A stretch of 64,000 nt of DNA from Blastocatellia bacterium (GTDB lineage: Bacteria > Acidobacteriota > Blastocatellia > UBA7656), in the NCBI GenBank assembly GCA_963765495.1, contig CAVXWP010000008.1:96001-160000 (forward strand), in the 5' to 3' direction. The position numbers were made by a program, and so were the translations under genes. Below the pieces are notes generated by a model that saw nothing but the letters and a program-made list of their open reading frames with translations, searched no databases and was not told where the DNA came from. Positions 30,648 to 39,689 of the stretch are shown here, piece after piece (within the stretch, counting starts at the first letter, position 1; each line of letters begins with the position of its first letter).

Positions 30648-31019
30648 TCAATTGTGGTGCGATTTTCCTGATTCCGAGACCTGGCTCACGCGCAACCAGT
30701 CATCCAGCTTATCAAGCCAATCAGTATTGGCCTCCTCATCCAGGAGACCCTGGCGCACCTGCGCCGCCTTTGCCGCAATCGCCACAAGCGCTTCATAGTT
30801 GATCTCAACTTTTTGCTGGTTCAACAGGCCCGCGATAATCATGACGCCCGTGACATAGCCTTTGTAAAATGATGGATTCTCATCGTCGGGCACATACATA
30901 TCTGTCGCCCCTCGCAGCATGTCCGGCAGTGTATTGAATTGGGCCGCCAGCCTTCCTATCATGTCCTCATTCAATCTGTTAACCATAATAAAACCCCTCC
31001 GAACCTTTTTGTTTGCCAT
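30648..31019 (-). CDS. Hypothetical protein
   Basis: 123-aa ORF (start may be 30986); no family recognised. Confidence 0.6.
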   Translation of the reverse strand: MANKKVRRGFIMVNRLNEDMIGRLAAQFNTLPDMLRGATDMYVPDDENPSFYKGYVTGVMIIAGLLNQQKVEINYEALVAIAAKAAQVRQGLLDEEANTDWLDKLDDWLRVSQVSESGKSHHN

Positions 31020-31105
31020 TGGTGTTCCACACTCTGCAAACCGTAGGAGTGCAATCGCGGCGCAGACAAAAGGGAAGACATATATCCGTCAAGGCGACTC
31101 AAAAC

Positions 31106-31146
31106 ACAAATCGAGATAGGAATCGGAATTTCCTATCTCGATTTGT
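31106..31146. terminator. Intrinsic terminator downstream of the GH19 gene
   Basis: Stem ACAAATCGAGATAGGAA / TTCCTATCTCGATTTGT. Confidence 0.7.
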
Positions 31147-31163
31147 CCGAGGCGATTGAGGTT

Positions 31164-31769
31164 TCAAGAGGTAAGACTGTCTTTTAATATCTTTTCGAAG
31201 TTGACGGCATAACCTTTGATTTTTGCCGCCTGATCGAGTCCATTAATGATACGGCGAGCATTTGTATAATCGCAGCCCGCGTCGTTGATGTAGTTGCTGA
31301 GTTTCTTTCCCGTGAATGTGCCGTTGCGCATTCCATAAGAAATGATGCGATAAGCGATACCGGGAGTGAGCGCGTTGTCCGGGCTATCAAGCAGGTTGTT
31401 CTCCTCGCTCAAGGCAAGGGCAGCGCTCAATTTTTGATAGTTAGCCCTGCCCGTGATCTGAACATAACCACGTCCGCGATAAAGATACCCATCGCCTTTG
31501 GCGGTATTGCCGAGTCGCTTTCCTATGCTCGTCCCGGCGTTGTACTTGTCGAAGTACGATTTCGGGCCGCGCTCGGTTATAGGCTGATAAGTATCCGCGC
31601 ATTCGTGCTTGATGGTCGCAAGCATATAGGCCACCCATCTGATGTCGGTTACATCGTTATCCTGCTCGATATATCCGAGCAGGTTGTCGAGGCCGGATAC
31701 CTGAGTTTGATTGAGCTTGCCGTAAATGTCTCGATACCCATTGAAGAAGGTAGTGTGATTGAAATCCAT
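31164..31769 (-). CDS. Glycoside hydrolase family 19 (chitinase/lysozyme, endolysin-like)
   Basis: AYMLATIKHEC, LGN...DG..YRGRGYVQITGRANY, ARRIING; AGGAG RBS. Confidence 0.88.
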   Translation of the reverse strand: MDFNHTTFFNGYRDIYGKLNQTQVSGLDNLLGYIEQDNDVTDIRWVAYMLATIKHECADTYQPITERGPKSYFDKYNAGTSIGKRLGNTAKGDGYLYRGRGYVQITGRANYQKLSAALALSEENNLLDSPDNALTPGIAYRIISYGMRNGTFTGKKLSNYINDAGCDYTNARRIINGLDQAAKIKGYAVNFEKILKDSLTS

Positions 31770-31890
31770 GATCGGTGTTGTCTCCTTTAAGAATTTGAGA
31801 ATACTGATTTGGCCGTTACGTAAAATACACCCGACCGAAGTTGATTACAAGAATTTGGGGATGCGACGGAATCTGAAGGGTGTTTGAGGC

Positions 31891-32113
31891 CAGGGCCATT
31901 CAGCTTTCTAAAATGTAGCAAAGGAAAAGGGGAATAGACCGCGGATGACGCGGATTGGGCGGATCTACGCGGATCTGACACTATATGATTTAATCCGCGT
32001 TAATCCGCTGCATCCGCGTCATCCGCGGTCTATTTCAATTCGCCTTGTATTCAATTTAACCTGGCAAAACGCCTGATGCATGTTGTCCGCAATTCAAAAA
32101 CTGAATGACCCTG
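31891..32113. mobile_element. MITE (223 bp) with CAGGG TIRs and decayed 10-bp target duplication
   Basis: TIRs CAGGGCCATTCAGCTTT / CAGGGTCATTCAGTTTT; flanks tgtttgaggc vs tacttggggc (7/10); internal gaatagaccgcggatgacgcggat...atccgcgtcatccgcggtctatt. Confidence 0.8.
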
Positions 32114-32126
32114 TACTTGGGGCGGT

Positions 32127-32855
32127 TTAGCTGCCGGGTACGATCTTTTTCCATTTCTCGGGATGTTCAGCGCCTCGACCATCGCAATTCGGTTTGGCTC
32201 GCAGCTCTTTCAGCACAGGCTTGTCCGCTTCAAAACCATAGACGGCCAGCGTTCCGCAGTCGCCCGGCCCGCGAAATTTATTTAGCACCCGAAGCTCTTT
32301 TGTCTTTGCGTCAAAGGTCGGCAAGCCCCAGACCTCGGTGCTCCTGGTTGGGGTCAGAGACTTCTCGTCCTGAGATTCATAAATATCGAAAGTGAGAAGC
32401 TCGCTCGTGGGCTGATCCTTTGTCTCATCATAAAAATAATAGTGTTGATAGCCCTGATAAGCGCCGCCCGTGCAGACCACTTCGACAAGATATTTCCTGT
32501 CTGCAAGCTCATAAAACTCAAGCCCTCCATAACTCTTATCCGGGTAATCAAACGCCTGTTCGCACTCATCGGGCCATTTGAGTACTTCGCGCCACGCCTT
32601 GCGGTCTTCATAGGTCAACCCGGTCTTCTTCAGGGCAGACGATTTTCCGGCCTCCTGTTTTGACGATGGAGACGGGGCAGGAGCGGCATTTTGATTAGCC
32701 TCTGTGGCCTCGGGAGGCGCTCCATCCTGATGCGCGCAACTACTGGTTGCCGCGAGTATCAGGAGTGCGAGAAATATGACCGCGCGCCCGGTCCCGTATC
32801 GCCGGGGCGCGTCTGATCCTCTTTTCCCCAGACTCGAAATCATAAGTGACAGCAT
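32127..32855 (-). CDS. Lipoprotein, possibly DUF1176-like C-terminus
   Basis: Lipobox ATSSC; C..GAYQ and KFRG.GDCG motifs; start uncertain. Confidence 0.65.
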   Translation of the reverse strand: MLSLMISSLGKRGSDAPRRYGTGRAVIFLALLILAATSSCAHQDGAPPEATEANQNAAPAPSPSSKQEAGKSSALKKTGLTYEDRKAWREVLKWPDECEQAFDYPDKSYGGLEFYELADRKYLVEVVCTGGAYQGYQHYYFYDETKDQPTSELLTFDIYESQDEKSLTPTRSTEVWGLPTFDAKTKELRVLNKFRGPGDCGTLAVYGFEADKPVLKELRAKPNCDGRGAEHPEKWKKIVPGS

Positions 32856-32885
32856 ATCATAACGACCTTGAGTCGTCCGCTGATT

Positions 32886-33872
32886 CTATCTAAGCCTTAT
32901 CATCACCCACATCAGGATCACGTGCGTAGACCAGATTAATAGCGCGTATGGCAACTGAAATTTAATCACGCCGTTCTGGTCGCGCATATTCAGGAGCGCC
33001 GTTGGAACTATATTGAAGTTCGCCGCCATAGGCGTCATCAATGTGCCGCTCGACCCCGCCGTCAGAGTTATTATCGCAACCATAGCCGGGTCCACGTTGA
33101 ACGGAATTACGATCAAAGGTATCAGCACGCCCGTGGCGATTACCGGGAAGGCGGCAAATGAATTTCCCATGACTATGGTGAAGAGCGCCATTCCCAGACA
33201 GTTGGCCAGCACGAGCAGAAAGAGGCTGCCTTCCGGGATGATCCAGTGAATCCCCCCGGCGATCAAATCTCCGATCTTTGCAGCCGTGAATATGACTCCA
33301 AGCGAGGCCAGCAACTGGGGCAGAATGCTGACGGCTCCCATCGAGTCGTTTATTCGGCGGCCTTCGTTCATCATAGTGGTCCAGGTTCCTCCGGTGAGCC
33401 CTTTCCCCCAGAGCATCCCGGCGATGCCGCCGAATCCAAGCCCGACAAGCGCGCCCCGATTTACATCGAGCCCGAACAGACGAAAGACCACCGCAAATCC
33501 GAAAGTCACGAGCGGTATCACAAGCACGGGAAGAAATATTCTGTCTCCGAGCCGCCGCGCTTCGGTCTCCTGCTCGGTCTTTGTCGCTTCGTTATAGCTG
33601 CCGCGATGGACGCGGCCCGCGCCGTCAATTGCGACCATCACCAGAACAAGGATTCCAGTCAGCCAGTTCGGCATCAGGTGCCCTGCTATAAAAATGATCC
33701 CAAGTGTGAGCCAGAAGATGCCCGTACCGATCCTGCGCGGGTTTCCACGGTCGGAAATCGTCATTCCGGCGAAGATCAGCAGGACTATCCCGGTCAGAAC
33801 GTAGACCGTGTTCAGGCTGAAGATATAGTCGGCGACAGTCGTCAAAGATAGGGCCGTAATCTGCATAATCAT
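32886..33872 (-). CDS. DUF979 family membrane protein (putative 5-oxoproline transporter subunit)
   Basis: [43 protein letters not shown]. Confidence 0.9.
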   Translation of the reverse strand: MIMQITALSLTTVADYIFSLNTVYVLTGIVLLIFAGMTISDRGNPRRIGTGIFWLTLGIIFIAGHLMPNWLTGILVLVMVAIDGAGRVHRGSYNEATKTEQETEARRLGDRIFLPVLVIPLVTFGFAVVFRLFGLDVNRGALVGLGFGGIAGMLWGKGLTGGTWTTMMNEGRRINDSMGAVSILPQLLASLGVIFTAAKIGDLIAGGIHWIIPEGSLFLLVLANCLGMALFTIVMGNSFAAFPVIATGVLIPLIVIPFNVDPAMVAIITLTAGSSGTLMTPMAANFNIVPTALLNMRDQNGVIKFQLPYALLIWSTHVILMWVMIRLR

Positions 33873-34645
33873 GTCCCTGCGCTTTCATTGATCGCCGCCT
33901 GCTCTCCGGCCTCGGACTTTTGGTAATGGCGGTCGAGGAGCTTGAATTGTAGGGCTCCATAAATGACCGAGATAGTCGTTATGGGGATTGCGAAGAGCAC
34001 TAACCGCCAGACGCTCACCTCATAGCCAAGTCCTTTCAGGACGCCGAAGACCAGCAGTATGCCCGGCTGTACGGGCGAGAGGTTCTGGCCATAGAAATTA
34101 CCGTAATTTTCGCTGGCCGAATCCGCCGCCTTTATTAGCTCGATCTTTTCTTCGGGCAAATCGTCAGCGGTTTTGGCTCCCGTCATCGCCTCGGCCGCGC
34201 CCACAGACATTGGAAAGATCAGAGGGCGCACGAAAGAAGGATGGCCGTTTAAGCGTATGCCCAGAATCCCGTGAAGCACACGGAAGAGTTGATAAACGAT
34301 TGCCAGACGACCGACCGTGGCGACGCGGATTCGGCGTATGAGACGAGCCGATTGTTCCTGTAGCCCGTATCGCTCGGCAAGACCTATCGCGGGCAGCGTG
34401 ATGATGAAGAGCGTCATCAGACGGTTTTCAGTGAATGCTCTCCCGAGCGTATTTATGATGCCTTCCTGCCCTGCTTTTGTCAGATAAGACAATCCGGCAA
34501 ATATGCCTTCGCTCGAAAAAAGAGGCAGTCCGGCAAGCAACCCCGTCACGAGCGCGGCTGATACGACGACCAGCGTAGTCCGCAGTTTGAGTGCGAGCCC
34601 TACAACTACGATTGCTATACCGAGCAGCTTGAACCATTCAGGCAT
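33869..34645 (-). CDS. DUF969 family membrane protein (putative 5-oxoproline transporter subunit)
   Basis: [39 protein letters not shown]. Confidence 0.9.
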   Translation of the reverse strand: MPEWFKLLGIAIVVVGLALKLRTTLVVVSAALVTGLLAGLPLFSSEGIFAGLSYLTKAGQEGIINTLGRAFTENRLMTLFIITLPAIGLAERYGLQEQSARLIRRIRVATVGRLAIVYQLFRVLHGILGIRLNGHPSFVRPLIFPMSVGAAEAMTGAKTADDLPEEKIELIKAADSASENYGNFYGQNLSPVQPGILLVFGVLKGLGYEVSVWRLVLFAIPITTISVIYGALQFKLLDRHYQKSEAGEQAAINESAGT

Positions 34646-34747
34646 GGCTGGAATTTCTCCCTAAGTAGAGTTTTATTTGAGTCGAATTGTGTTATCGGGG
34701 AAGAGGATCAAATCAATCTTGATGCGAGCAACCCGCAACATCTGAAA

Positions 34748-34828
34748 TTTGAGTTTTGAGATCTGAAATCTCAAAGCCTGAAACTCAAAACCTGAAACTC
34801 AAAACTCAAAAACTCAAAACTCAAAACT
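34748..34828. repeat. (AAACTCA)n heptamer array with short inverted arm
   Basis: tttgagttttgag ... aaactcaaaacctgaaactcaaaactcaaaaactcaaaactcaaaac. Confidence 0.75.
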
Positions 34829-34831
34829 TTT

Positions 34832-35719
34832 TCACACCAACTGTCCGGCGCTGATTGCGGCTCCGACTATTGCTATATCGTCGCTTGTGGTAATAACCTC
34901 GACCGTACTGCCCTGAAGCGGGCTCATTTTGACCATATCGCCCAGGTAAATCTGTACCAGCTTCACATCGGTAAACCTTGCGTTCGGGCCTGAGACATAG
35001 AACTTGCCCGGTCCCTCCAGATGGATACTCGTGGCGGTTGCGGCTGCCAGTGCCCTGTGCCAGAGTTCCACAAAACCGCCACAGCGAGCATCGCCTTCTT
35101 TAGCGTGCTCGAATACTTCTTCCGGCTCAAGATCGAGGAAACGCAAACGCATGGCGCGATGGCCCATGATGCCTTCCAGATGCCCGACCCCACCGCACCG
35201 GCAGAAATTCTCTTTGCTGTCGAGCGTTACTACAGTGTGGCCGCCTTCCCCCACATTATGCGATGTAGGGTAATGGCCGTATCCGATCCCGCTTCCAAGA
35301 AACCATACGCGAATAAGCTTATCGAGGTGGCCGCGAGTGGCCGCAATCCCTGCCGCCATCGCGTCGGCGTCATTGAGTACGAGAACCTGCACTGCACCCT
35401 CTCCGCGGTTGATTGCGGACGCAAGCGCGGCACCGAGATTCTGCCCCTTGGTCTGCGGAAGGTTGGGCGAGTCTTCAACCTTCCCTTCACAGATGATGCC
35501 GGGAAACCCCACTCCTACCGCTGTGATCGGCTCATCCTGACAGCATACGGCGATCTGGTCCGCGATATGCTGAACGATCTCTTCCGTAGGCATCTCTGTC
35601 AGACAGCCCGCGTTGCCTCCCCTTTCGGGAAAGACCCGCACCGGGCCTGCCAGTTGATGGTTCTCCACAAGCCCCACAGCGATATGCTCGGCTGCCAGCA
35701 CGCCGATAGTTCGTCCCAT
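34832..35719 (-). CDS. ROK family protein
   Basis: VGVGFPG, SPNL, NDADA, LGSGIG, EGGH...CRCGGVGHLE. Confidence 0.88.
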   Translation of the reverse strand: MGRTIGVLAAEHIAVGLVENHQLAGPVRVFPERGGNAGCLTEMPTEEIVQHIADQIAVCCQDEPITAVGVGFPGIICEGKVEDSPNLPQTKGQNLGAALASAINRGEGAVQVLVLNDADAMAAGIAATRGHLDKLIRVWFLGSGIGYGHYPTSHNVGEGGHTVVTLDSKENFCRCGGVGHLEGIMGHRAMRLRFLDLEPEEVFEHAKEGDARCGGFVELWHRALAAATATSIHLEGPGKFYVSGPNARFTDVKLVQIYLGDMVKMSPLQGSTVEVITTSDDIAIVGAAISAGQLV

Positions 35720-35798
35720 ACTTTAACCTCTTCAAAAGTGATTCGCTCAATGATCGGTGAAGCTTGATCCGTGATTCGTATCACGGATTGCTTTTCAT

Positions 35799-37196
35799 TC
35801 AAAAAGAACTGAGCCTCGACAGCTTGTTCAACCCGTTAAAGGCGGCGGCTTTGTAGCATTCGGCCAGAGTCGGATAGTTGAACACAGTGTCTATGAAGTA
35901 ATCCATCGTACCTTTGAGGATCATGACCGCCTGACCGATGTGCAAAAGCTCCGAAGCCCCTTCGCCAATTATGTGAATGCCGAGCAGTTGCTTTGTCTCG
36001 CGATGAAAAATGATCTTCAATCTGCCGGTAGTGTCGCCGCGAATCTGCCCGCGCGCTATCTCGCGGTAATAGGCTATACCCACTTCGTAAGGCACGTCTT
36101 CATCCGTCAACTGCTCTTCGGTCTTTCCGACGAATGAAATTTCGGGAATCGTATAGATTCCGTAGGGGTAATTTGCCGGGTCGGATTCGATGCTGATTCC
36201 GAACGCGTTGGCTACGGCCATTCGCCCCTGTTGCATCGAGACCGATGCGAGGCTTGGAAACCCTATAACATCGCCTACGGCGTAGATGTGCGGCTGAGGG
36301 GTGCGATACTGTTCGTCAACCGCGATGCGGCCACGCGAATCGGCTTCCAGTCCGGCTGCCTCCAGATTCAGTTCCTTCACATTGCCCTGACGTCCTACGG
36401 CGTACAAAAGCGCGTCGCCGGAAATCTTCTTTTTGCTTTCAAGGTTGGCAATCACCGTGCCGTCGGGCGCTTCTTCTACGCTTGCGACCTCTTCGTTCAA
36501 TCGCATGGTCATGCGATTGTCGCGCAGATGATAAGAGAGCGCTTCGATTATTTCCGTATCGGCAAACCCGAGTATGCGCGGCTGCTTTTCGATGAGAATG
36601 ACCCGCGAGCCGAGCGCTGAAAACATAGAAGCGTACTCGACACCGATGACACCGCCGCCCACAACAATGAGCGTCTTTGGAATGGCAGGCATGTTAAAGA
36701 CCTGATCGCTGTTGATGATGGTCGTGCCGTTTAGAGCGACGGTCGAAGAGGCGGCGGGCGAAGTCCCTGTGGCAATCACTATGAAATCGGCTTCGTATTC
36801 CGATTGCCCGCGCGAATTCGTCACGCGAATACGATGCGGGTCCAGAAAACTGCCTCCGCCCGTCAGCATCTCTACCTCATTGCGCGAAAGCTGGGCCTGG
36901 GTCACATCTATCTCCGTCTTTATGACGTGCTGCACGCGGAAAGAGAGATCGGCTATAGTGATTCTCTCCTTCACGCGATAGTTCATACCGTAGATACTCT
37001 GGTATTGATAGCCCGACAGATGCATCACGGCTTCGCGCATGGATTTGCTCGGGATAGTGCCGGTGTTTATGCAGGCCCCGCCTATCACCTCGCGCCGCTC
37101 GATGAGTGCCACTTTTTTGCCGAGTTTTGCGCCCTGAATGGCGGCGCGCTGCCCGGCCGGTCCTGAACCAATTACTATGAGATCGTACTTTTGCAT
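35799..37196 (-). CDS. sthA: Soluble pyridine nucleotide transhydrogenase
   Basis: GSGPAGQ, GGACINTGTIPSK (single Cys), GIYTIPEIS, FNYPTLAECYK.AA.NGLN. Confidence 0.92.
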   Translation of the reverse strand: MQKYDLIVIGSGPAGQRAAIQGAKLGKKVALIERREVIGGACINTGTIPSKSMREAVMHLSGYQYQSIYGMNYRVKERITIADLSFRVQHVIKTEIDVTQAQLSRNEVEMLTGGGSFLDPHRIRVTNSRGQSEYEADFIVIATGTSPAASSTVALNGTTIINSDQVFNMPAIPKTLIVVGGGVIGVEYASMFSALGSRVILIEKQPRILGFADTEIIEALSYHLRDNRMTMRLNEEVASVEEAPDGTVIANLESKKKISGDALLYAVGRQGNVKELNLEAAGLEADSRGRIAVDEQYRTPQPHIYAVGDVIGFPSLASVSMQQGRMAVANAFGISIESDPANYPYGIYTIPEISFVGKTEEQLTDEDVPYEVGIAYYREIARGQIRGDTTGRLKIIFHRETKQLLGIHIIGEGASELLHIGQAVMILKGTMDYFIDTVFNYPTLAECYKAAAFNGLNKLSRLSSF

Positions 37197-37250
37197 GGTC
37201 CTTCTTATGTGGAGATCTCAGATGTCAGACCTCAGATTTCAAACCCGAGC

Positions 37251-37988
37251 TCAAAAGGCGCTCCGGTATAATGCGATCATATCGCTCCACGCCAGATCGG
37301 TCGCTTCGGGGTCATAGCGCGGACCTTCATCGCGCATGAAAGCGTGCTCGGCAGGATAAAGCCTTATTGAAAAATTCGTCCCCGTTTCTTCGAGCGCGTC
37401 CCTTATCTTATCACGTCCTTCTTCGGGTACGTGCGGATCGTTTGTGCCAAATACCATAAGCAGGTTGCCTTTAATTTCTCCGGCGCGCTCTAATGACCCG
37501 GCATCTTTATCCTGCCCCAGCCTGCCGTTATGAATGCCTGTTCCGTAAAAACAGACCGTGGCCTCAACATCGGGCTGGAGCGCGGCCCTGAAGGCCAGAT
37601 GTCCGCCGATGCAGAACCCGCCCGCGCCAAGCTTTCCTTCGGCTACCTGCTCGTGTCCTTTCAGATAATCGAGCACCGCGCGGCAATCGGCGTCGAAATG
37701 AGCAACAGGAGTGCGGGCGGCGTCTTCGAGTCCCTGATCACGTCCGGCGTCATCGAAGGCGATGGCTGTGCCGGGTGGTTCGATGCGGTGATAGATTTCC
37801 GGCGCGGCCACGACAAAGCCGTACCCGGCCAGCCGCGTCGTGGCGCGAAGCATAACCCCCGTGAGTTGAAATATATCCGAGTAAAAGATTATCCCCGGAT
37901 ATTTCCCTTCGGCGCGAGGGGCCGCCACAAACATTCGAAGCGGGCTGCCATCAACCTGAATATCCACGTACCGGGTGGTTATGACCAT
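37251..37988 (-). CDS. Dienelactone hydrolase family protein
   Basis: SDIFQ, GFCIGGH nucleophile motif, DPH, HAFMRD. Confidence 0.92.
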   Translation of the reverse strand: MVITTRYVDIQVDGSPLRMFVAAPRAEGKYPGIIFYSDIFQLTGVMLRATTRLAGYGFVVAAPEIYHRIEPPGTAIAFDDAGRDQGLEDAARTPVAHFDADCRAVLDYLKGHEQVAEGKLGAGGFCIGGHLAFRAALQPDVEATVCFYGTGIHNGRLGQDKDAGSLERAGEIKGNLLMVFGTNDPHVPEEGRDKIRDALEETGTNFSIRLYPAEHAFMRDEGPRYDPEATDLAWSDMIALYRSAF

Positions 37989-38076
37989 AATGTGATCTCC
38001 TGAAAACAGGTGCGAAAAACCATGCGTTGTGAGATGGGTGATTGATTATGGAAGCGACTCACAGGTCCCTGATGCT

Positions 38077-38607
38077 CTACTTGTTTTTGCGAAACAGCCT
38101 CCGAAGCAACCCTGAGAACCATCTCAGGGTTGTTCGAAAAAAGCCATGTTTAGGCGGCGGTTCGTGCGCTTCGGTCCGGGCTTCGGCTTCGAGGGCGGTA
38201 AAGAATTGCGCAACCATCATTTTGGCTGCCCCCTGTATCATCCGCTGCCCCACTCCGGCTATCGTACCGCCGATCTTTACATCGCCATCATAGCTGACTA
38301 CGGTTATCCCCTCCCGCTCTTCCAGATTGATGTCTCCGGTTCCTTTCAGAAAACCGGGCTGCCCTTTCCCGTCCACAGCCAGACGCAAATGGCTGGGGGG
38401 GGCCAGATTCTCAAGTTGTACATTCCCTGTGAAGACGCCTTTGATCGAGCCTACGCCCGCGCGCAAGGTAGTCGAATAGCTGTTTTCGCCGGTCTTTTCG
38501 AGCTTTTCGCAACCCGGTATGCACCTCTGCAAAACCTCCGGGTCAATCATAGCCTGAAAGACGCGCTCGCGTGGGGCGTGGACTTCCTGTGAACCCTCTA
38601 TCTTCAT
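38077..38607 (-). CDS. coxG: Carbon monoxide dehydrogenase subunit G (SRPBCC)
   Basis: DPEVLQRCIPGC, GG.IA.VGQRMI; downstream of coxM. Confidence 0.88.
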   Translation of the reverse strand: MKIEGSQEVHAPRERVFQAMIDPEVLQRCIPGCEKLEKTGENSYSTTLRAGVGSIKGVFTGNVQLENLAPPSHLRLAVDGKGQPGFLKGTGDINLEEREGITVVSYDGDVKIGGTIAGVGQRMIQGAAKMMVAQFFTALEAEARTEAHEPPPKHGFFRTTLRWFSGLLRRLFRKNK

Positions 38608-38727
38608 ACGTGATACGTGATACCTGATGCGTGATGAGTGAATCGTGATACGTGATTATTAGAGGGCCTGGTTGATAAAGGCTAATTGCAAACCAGGCAA
38701 ATCACGGATCACGATTCACCCATCACG
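38605..38727. repeat. Heptamer-armed palindromic element, 44-bp core
   Basis: (GTGATAC)n arm, core 38657-38700, (ATCACGG)n arm; lies inside the cox operon. Confidence 0.85.
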
Positions 38728-38733
38728 CTCCCC

Positions 38734-39600
38734 TCATTTCGCGTTTGCCGCCGCTGCTTTGATGGCGCGGCGCGTATAGACCTGTGCCAGATGGCGACGA
38801 TAATCGGACGAAGCAAAGAGGTCGCCGTTTATGTCAACTCCATCAGCCGCGTGCCCGGCGGCCTCGGCCACGGTTTTATCGTCCAGAGCCTTGCCCGTGA
38901 GGGCGCTCTCAACCGCGCTTGCGCGGTAGGCCTTCGATGCGACCCCGGTAATGCTTATGCTCGCCGATTCGCACGCGCCCGTCTGATCCAGAGTCAGATT
39001 TACGGCGACGCCCACGACCGCAAACCCGGAAGCGGGTTGAGGCACTTTCAGATAAGCCTGTCCCGCGCCGTTCTGAGAGGCCGAAATGCGGATTTCGCGA
39101 AGTATCTCGCCCGGCTCAAGCGCGGTCGTGAGCATATCGACAAAGAAATCATCTGCGCTGATGGTGCGCTCGCCGCCTGCGCCCACGGCTACAAGTTCGG
39201 CCTTGAGTGCGATCATCGCGGCTGGCCAGTCGGCTGCCGGATCGGCGTGGGCAAGACTTCCGCCTATGGTCCCTTTGTTGCGGACCTGCACGTCACCGAT
39301 CTGCGAGGCGGTCGCGGGCAAAAGCGGGCATATCTCGGCAAGTCGTGTGGATGCCTCAAGCTGATGATGAGTAGTCATAGCGCCAATCAGAATCTGCCCG
39401 TCTTCCTCGCGAATATAGGCAAGGTCTTTGATGCGCCCGATATCGATCAGCAGTTGCGGCATCGCAAGCCGCAGCTTCATCGCCGGGATAAGGCTGTGCC
39501 CGCCCGCGAGCAATTTGGCATCGTCGGGATGCTCGGCCAGCAACTTCACAGCCTCGTCGAGCGTGGAAGCGATCACGTAATCAAACTGTGCAGGAATCAT
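38734..39600 (-). CDS. coxM: FAD-binding medium subunit, xanthine dehydrogenase/CODH family
   Basis: MIPAQFDY, AGGHSLIP.MKLR, VRNKGTIGGSLAHADPAAD. Confidence 0.9.
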   Translation of the reverse strand: MIPAQFDYVIASTLDEAVKLLAEHPDDAKLLAGGHSLIPAMKLRLAMPQLLIDIGRIKDLAYIREEDGQILIGAMTTHHQLEASTRLAEICPLLPATASQIGDVQVRNKGTIGGSLAHADPAADWPAAMIALKAELVAVGAGGERTISADDFFVDMLTTALEPGEILREIRISASQNGAGQAYLKVPQPASGFAVVGVAVNLTLDQTGACESASISITGVASKAYRASAVESALTGKALDDKTVAEAAGHAADGVDINGDLFASSDYRRHLAQVYTRRAIKAAAANAK

Positions 39601-39609
39601 GGTTTTCTC

Positions 39610-39688
39610 CCGGGGCCGGGGGCCGGGGGCCGGGGGCCGGTGAAAGTTTGCTCTCACTGGCCCCTGACACCTGACCTCCGGCCCCCGA
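39610..39688. repeat. GC-rich heptamer arms (GGGGCCG)n ... (CCCCTGA/CCCCG)n
   Basis: ccggggccgggggccgggggccgggggccgg followed by inverted degenerate units between coxL and coxM. Confidence 0.65.
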
Positions 39689-39689
39689 A

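Noticed and set aside
30648-31769. Prophage remnant around GH19 and lexA
   Set aside because: No structural, integrase or holin genes, and the repressor has canonical LexA features.
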